Below are positions 61,958 to 64,000 of a stretch of DNA of 64,000 nucleotides, in pieces. How positions within the stretch are numbered: the stretch's first letter is position 1; each line of letters opens with the position of its first letter. The DNA is from Tubiluchus corallicola. Taxonomy: Eukaryota > Animalia > Priapulida. The translations under genes were made by a program, and so were the position numbers. The stretch spans positions 1-64,000 of the forward strand of contig JAQGDQ010001025.1 of assembly GCA_030141605.1 (NCBI GenBank), read 5' to 3'. The notes under the pieces were generated by a model that had not been told where the DNA came from, searched no databases, and was given only the letters and a program-made list of their open reading frames with translations.

Positions 61958-62686
61958 ATGAATGTAGACAGTTTTGTAAAGATGGCATGGGATGAGGAAG
62001 TAGTATTTGGAAGGAATAGAAGACGATGTTGTGGTGTGAGGTTAGTGAGATGGATAAGAAAGAAGATCACGAGAAGGAGGAACAGAGTAGTAAGTGTTGC
62101 TTTCGTCTTGTCTGTCTTTTCTTACCAGCTAAACAAACTTATCAGCAGAGGATATAACAAGTTCGTGTTTGATCTTGTCCTATCCTGGTCTAGCTTATCT
62201 TCTACCTTAAATTAATTAACATTACACTAGCAATGGCAATTAAACCTCACAATTCAGCATTGTTATCTTTATCATTAGATTAATAATAATTTATTGTCGT
62301 TTTTCTTGTCATTATTATTAACTCTTAGCCGACCAAGCGGTTTTATATTACACTAAAGACCAAACGGAGTAATAAGTTACTCCAGGCAGGTAGTATCTGG
62401 TACTTGTGCTTTGTAAAAAATCACGAATGATACTTTTCAACAAAACTGGGGTATGGTTGCATAACAAATCGAAGAATATTTAATCACTATTAGTTTGAAA
62501 ATTTTTCGTTGAGGCATCAATACAAAAATGTGAGCAAATGCTCCTGGGGTAATTTTTACTCCACCTTGGTCGCTTATGGGTTAAGTCATTTACAAACTTT
62601 CATTCGTAATTTTTGATCAGGATGTATGTTCGACGTGTAGTGAGGTAATTGGAAAGATCGAAGACAATGATGATGAATGGAATACA
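61958..62686 (+). CDS. Unknown small-protein gene, copy B, first two coding exons (61958-62089, 62621-62686); probably continues beyond the window
   Basis: Open phase-0 splice: MNVDSFVKMAWDEEVVFGRNRRRCCGVRLVRWIRKKITRRRNRV|DVCSTCSEVIGKIEDNDDEWNT; protein-level homology to copy A. Confidence 0.6.
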
Positions 62687-63164
62687 GTGAGTAGTTCTTT
62701 CAGATTCATTTTATAAATAAAAAACACCAAACTGTTCAGACATTTGTTCATTTTGTTGCTGTCTTTGTTATCCATCGCTGGGTCCTCGATAAATCAAGTA
62801 ATTCCCATGACGTCTTTGCAGATGATTGTCAGTTTTCTCAAGGACCTTGGATATATTTAATCGTACCCAACATATCAAATTATGCAAGATTATTGTATCT
62901 TTTCTAGAAACGGCTTTTCAAACTAAGAATCAATTCATTGTTCATATAAAATCTAGATACAATTATTTTATTATAAACTTACTGCAAAACTTGTTTCTTT
63001 TGATTTTTTATAATTTCCTTCTTAGCGATATTTTCTCGAGACGTCATTGTTACTGGGCGTACTTCTTTACACGTGAGTATAGTATGTAACCTTCGGTAAC
63101 CCTTAATCATTCATGGCTAAGATATTCTTGGATTAATATTAGTTATGTCATTCTCGCAAAAGAT

Positions 63165-64000
63165 ACACATACGAAACATGGTGATGTACACATACGAAAC
63201 ATAGTAATGTACACGTGCGAAACATAGTAATGTACACGTACGAAACATGGTAATGTACACGTGCGAAACATAGTAATGTACACGTACGAAACATGGTGAT
63301 GAACATGTCCGAAACATGGTAATGCACACATACGAAACATGGTAATGTACACGTACGAAACATAGTAATGCACACATACGAAACATGGTAATGTACACGT
63401 ACGAAACATGGTAATGTACACGTGCGAAACATAGTAATGCACACATACGAAACATAGTAATGTACACGTACGAAACATGGTGATGAACATGTCCGAAACA
63501 TGGTAATGCACACATACGAAACATGGTAATGTACACGTACGAAACATAGTAATGCACACGTACGAAACATGGTAATGTACACGTACGAAACATGGTAATG
63601 TACACGTGCGAAACATAGTAATGTACACGTACGAAACATGGTGATGAACATGTCCGAAACATGGTAATGCACACATACGAAACATGGTAATGTACACGTA
63701 CGAAACATAGTAATGCACACATACGAAACATGGTAATGTACACGTACGAAACATGGTAATGTACACGTGCGAAACATAGTAATGCACACATACGAAACAT
63801 AGTAATGTACACGTACGAAACATGGTGATGAACATGTCCGAAACATGGTAATGCACACATACGAAACATGGTAATGTACACGTACGAAACATAGTAATTC
63901 ACACATACGAAACATGGTAATGTACACGTGCGAAACATAGTAATGTACACGTACGAAACATGGTAATGTACACGTGCGAAACATGGTAATGTACACGTGC
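63165..64000. repeat. 23-bp minisatellite (CGAAACATGGTAATGTACACGTA)n with higher-order repeat
   Basis: About 36 units to the window end. Confidence 0.97.

Noticed and set aside
48093-62686. Diversity-generating-retroelement-style mutagenesis of the exons
   Set aside because: Substitutions are not adenine-specific, and no template repeat or matching reverse transcriptase is visible.
63117-63996. Three long overlapping Cys/His-rich ORFs
   Set aside because: Stop-free reading of a 23-bp tandem repeat.

Overview
AT-rich, intron- and repeat-rich eukaryotic genomic DNA, probably from an invertebrate animal. It is not prokaryotic and contains no CRISPR array. Host genes reconstructed by hand from GT-AG splice sites with consistent phases: (1) an 8-exon minus-strand type I membrane protein with sushi/CCP-like domains (15007..295); (2) a 7-exon minus-strand GT8 glucoside-xylosyltransferase-like gene (30988..20497); (3) a head-to-head GT31 galactosyltransferase-like gene on the plus strand, apparently disabled by an LTR plus tRNA-His insert and a 4x158-bp exonic duplication. 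The right third holds a BEL/Pao gag relic and a rearranged ~15-kb Kolobok-like DNA transposon (KolX/P2X7-C-like gene on +, THAP-transposase on -). The transposon carries cargo flanked by long direct repeats: a berberine-bridge-type oxidase relic and copies of an unannotated small multi-exon gene. The most striking signal is in that small gene family: introns are ~95% identical between copies, while exon interiors are heavily diverged even at synonymous sites yet keep protein motifs. Also present are a 5S-rRNA-headed retroposon with an 11-bp TSD, several MITEs, LTRs, LINE fragments and minisatellites with higher-order structure. All identities and counts are approximate hand estimates.
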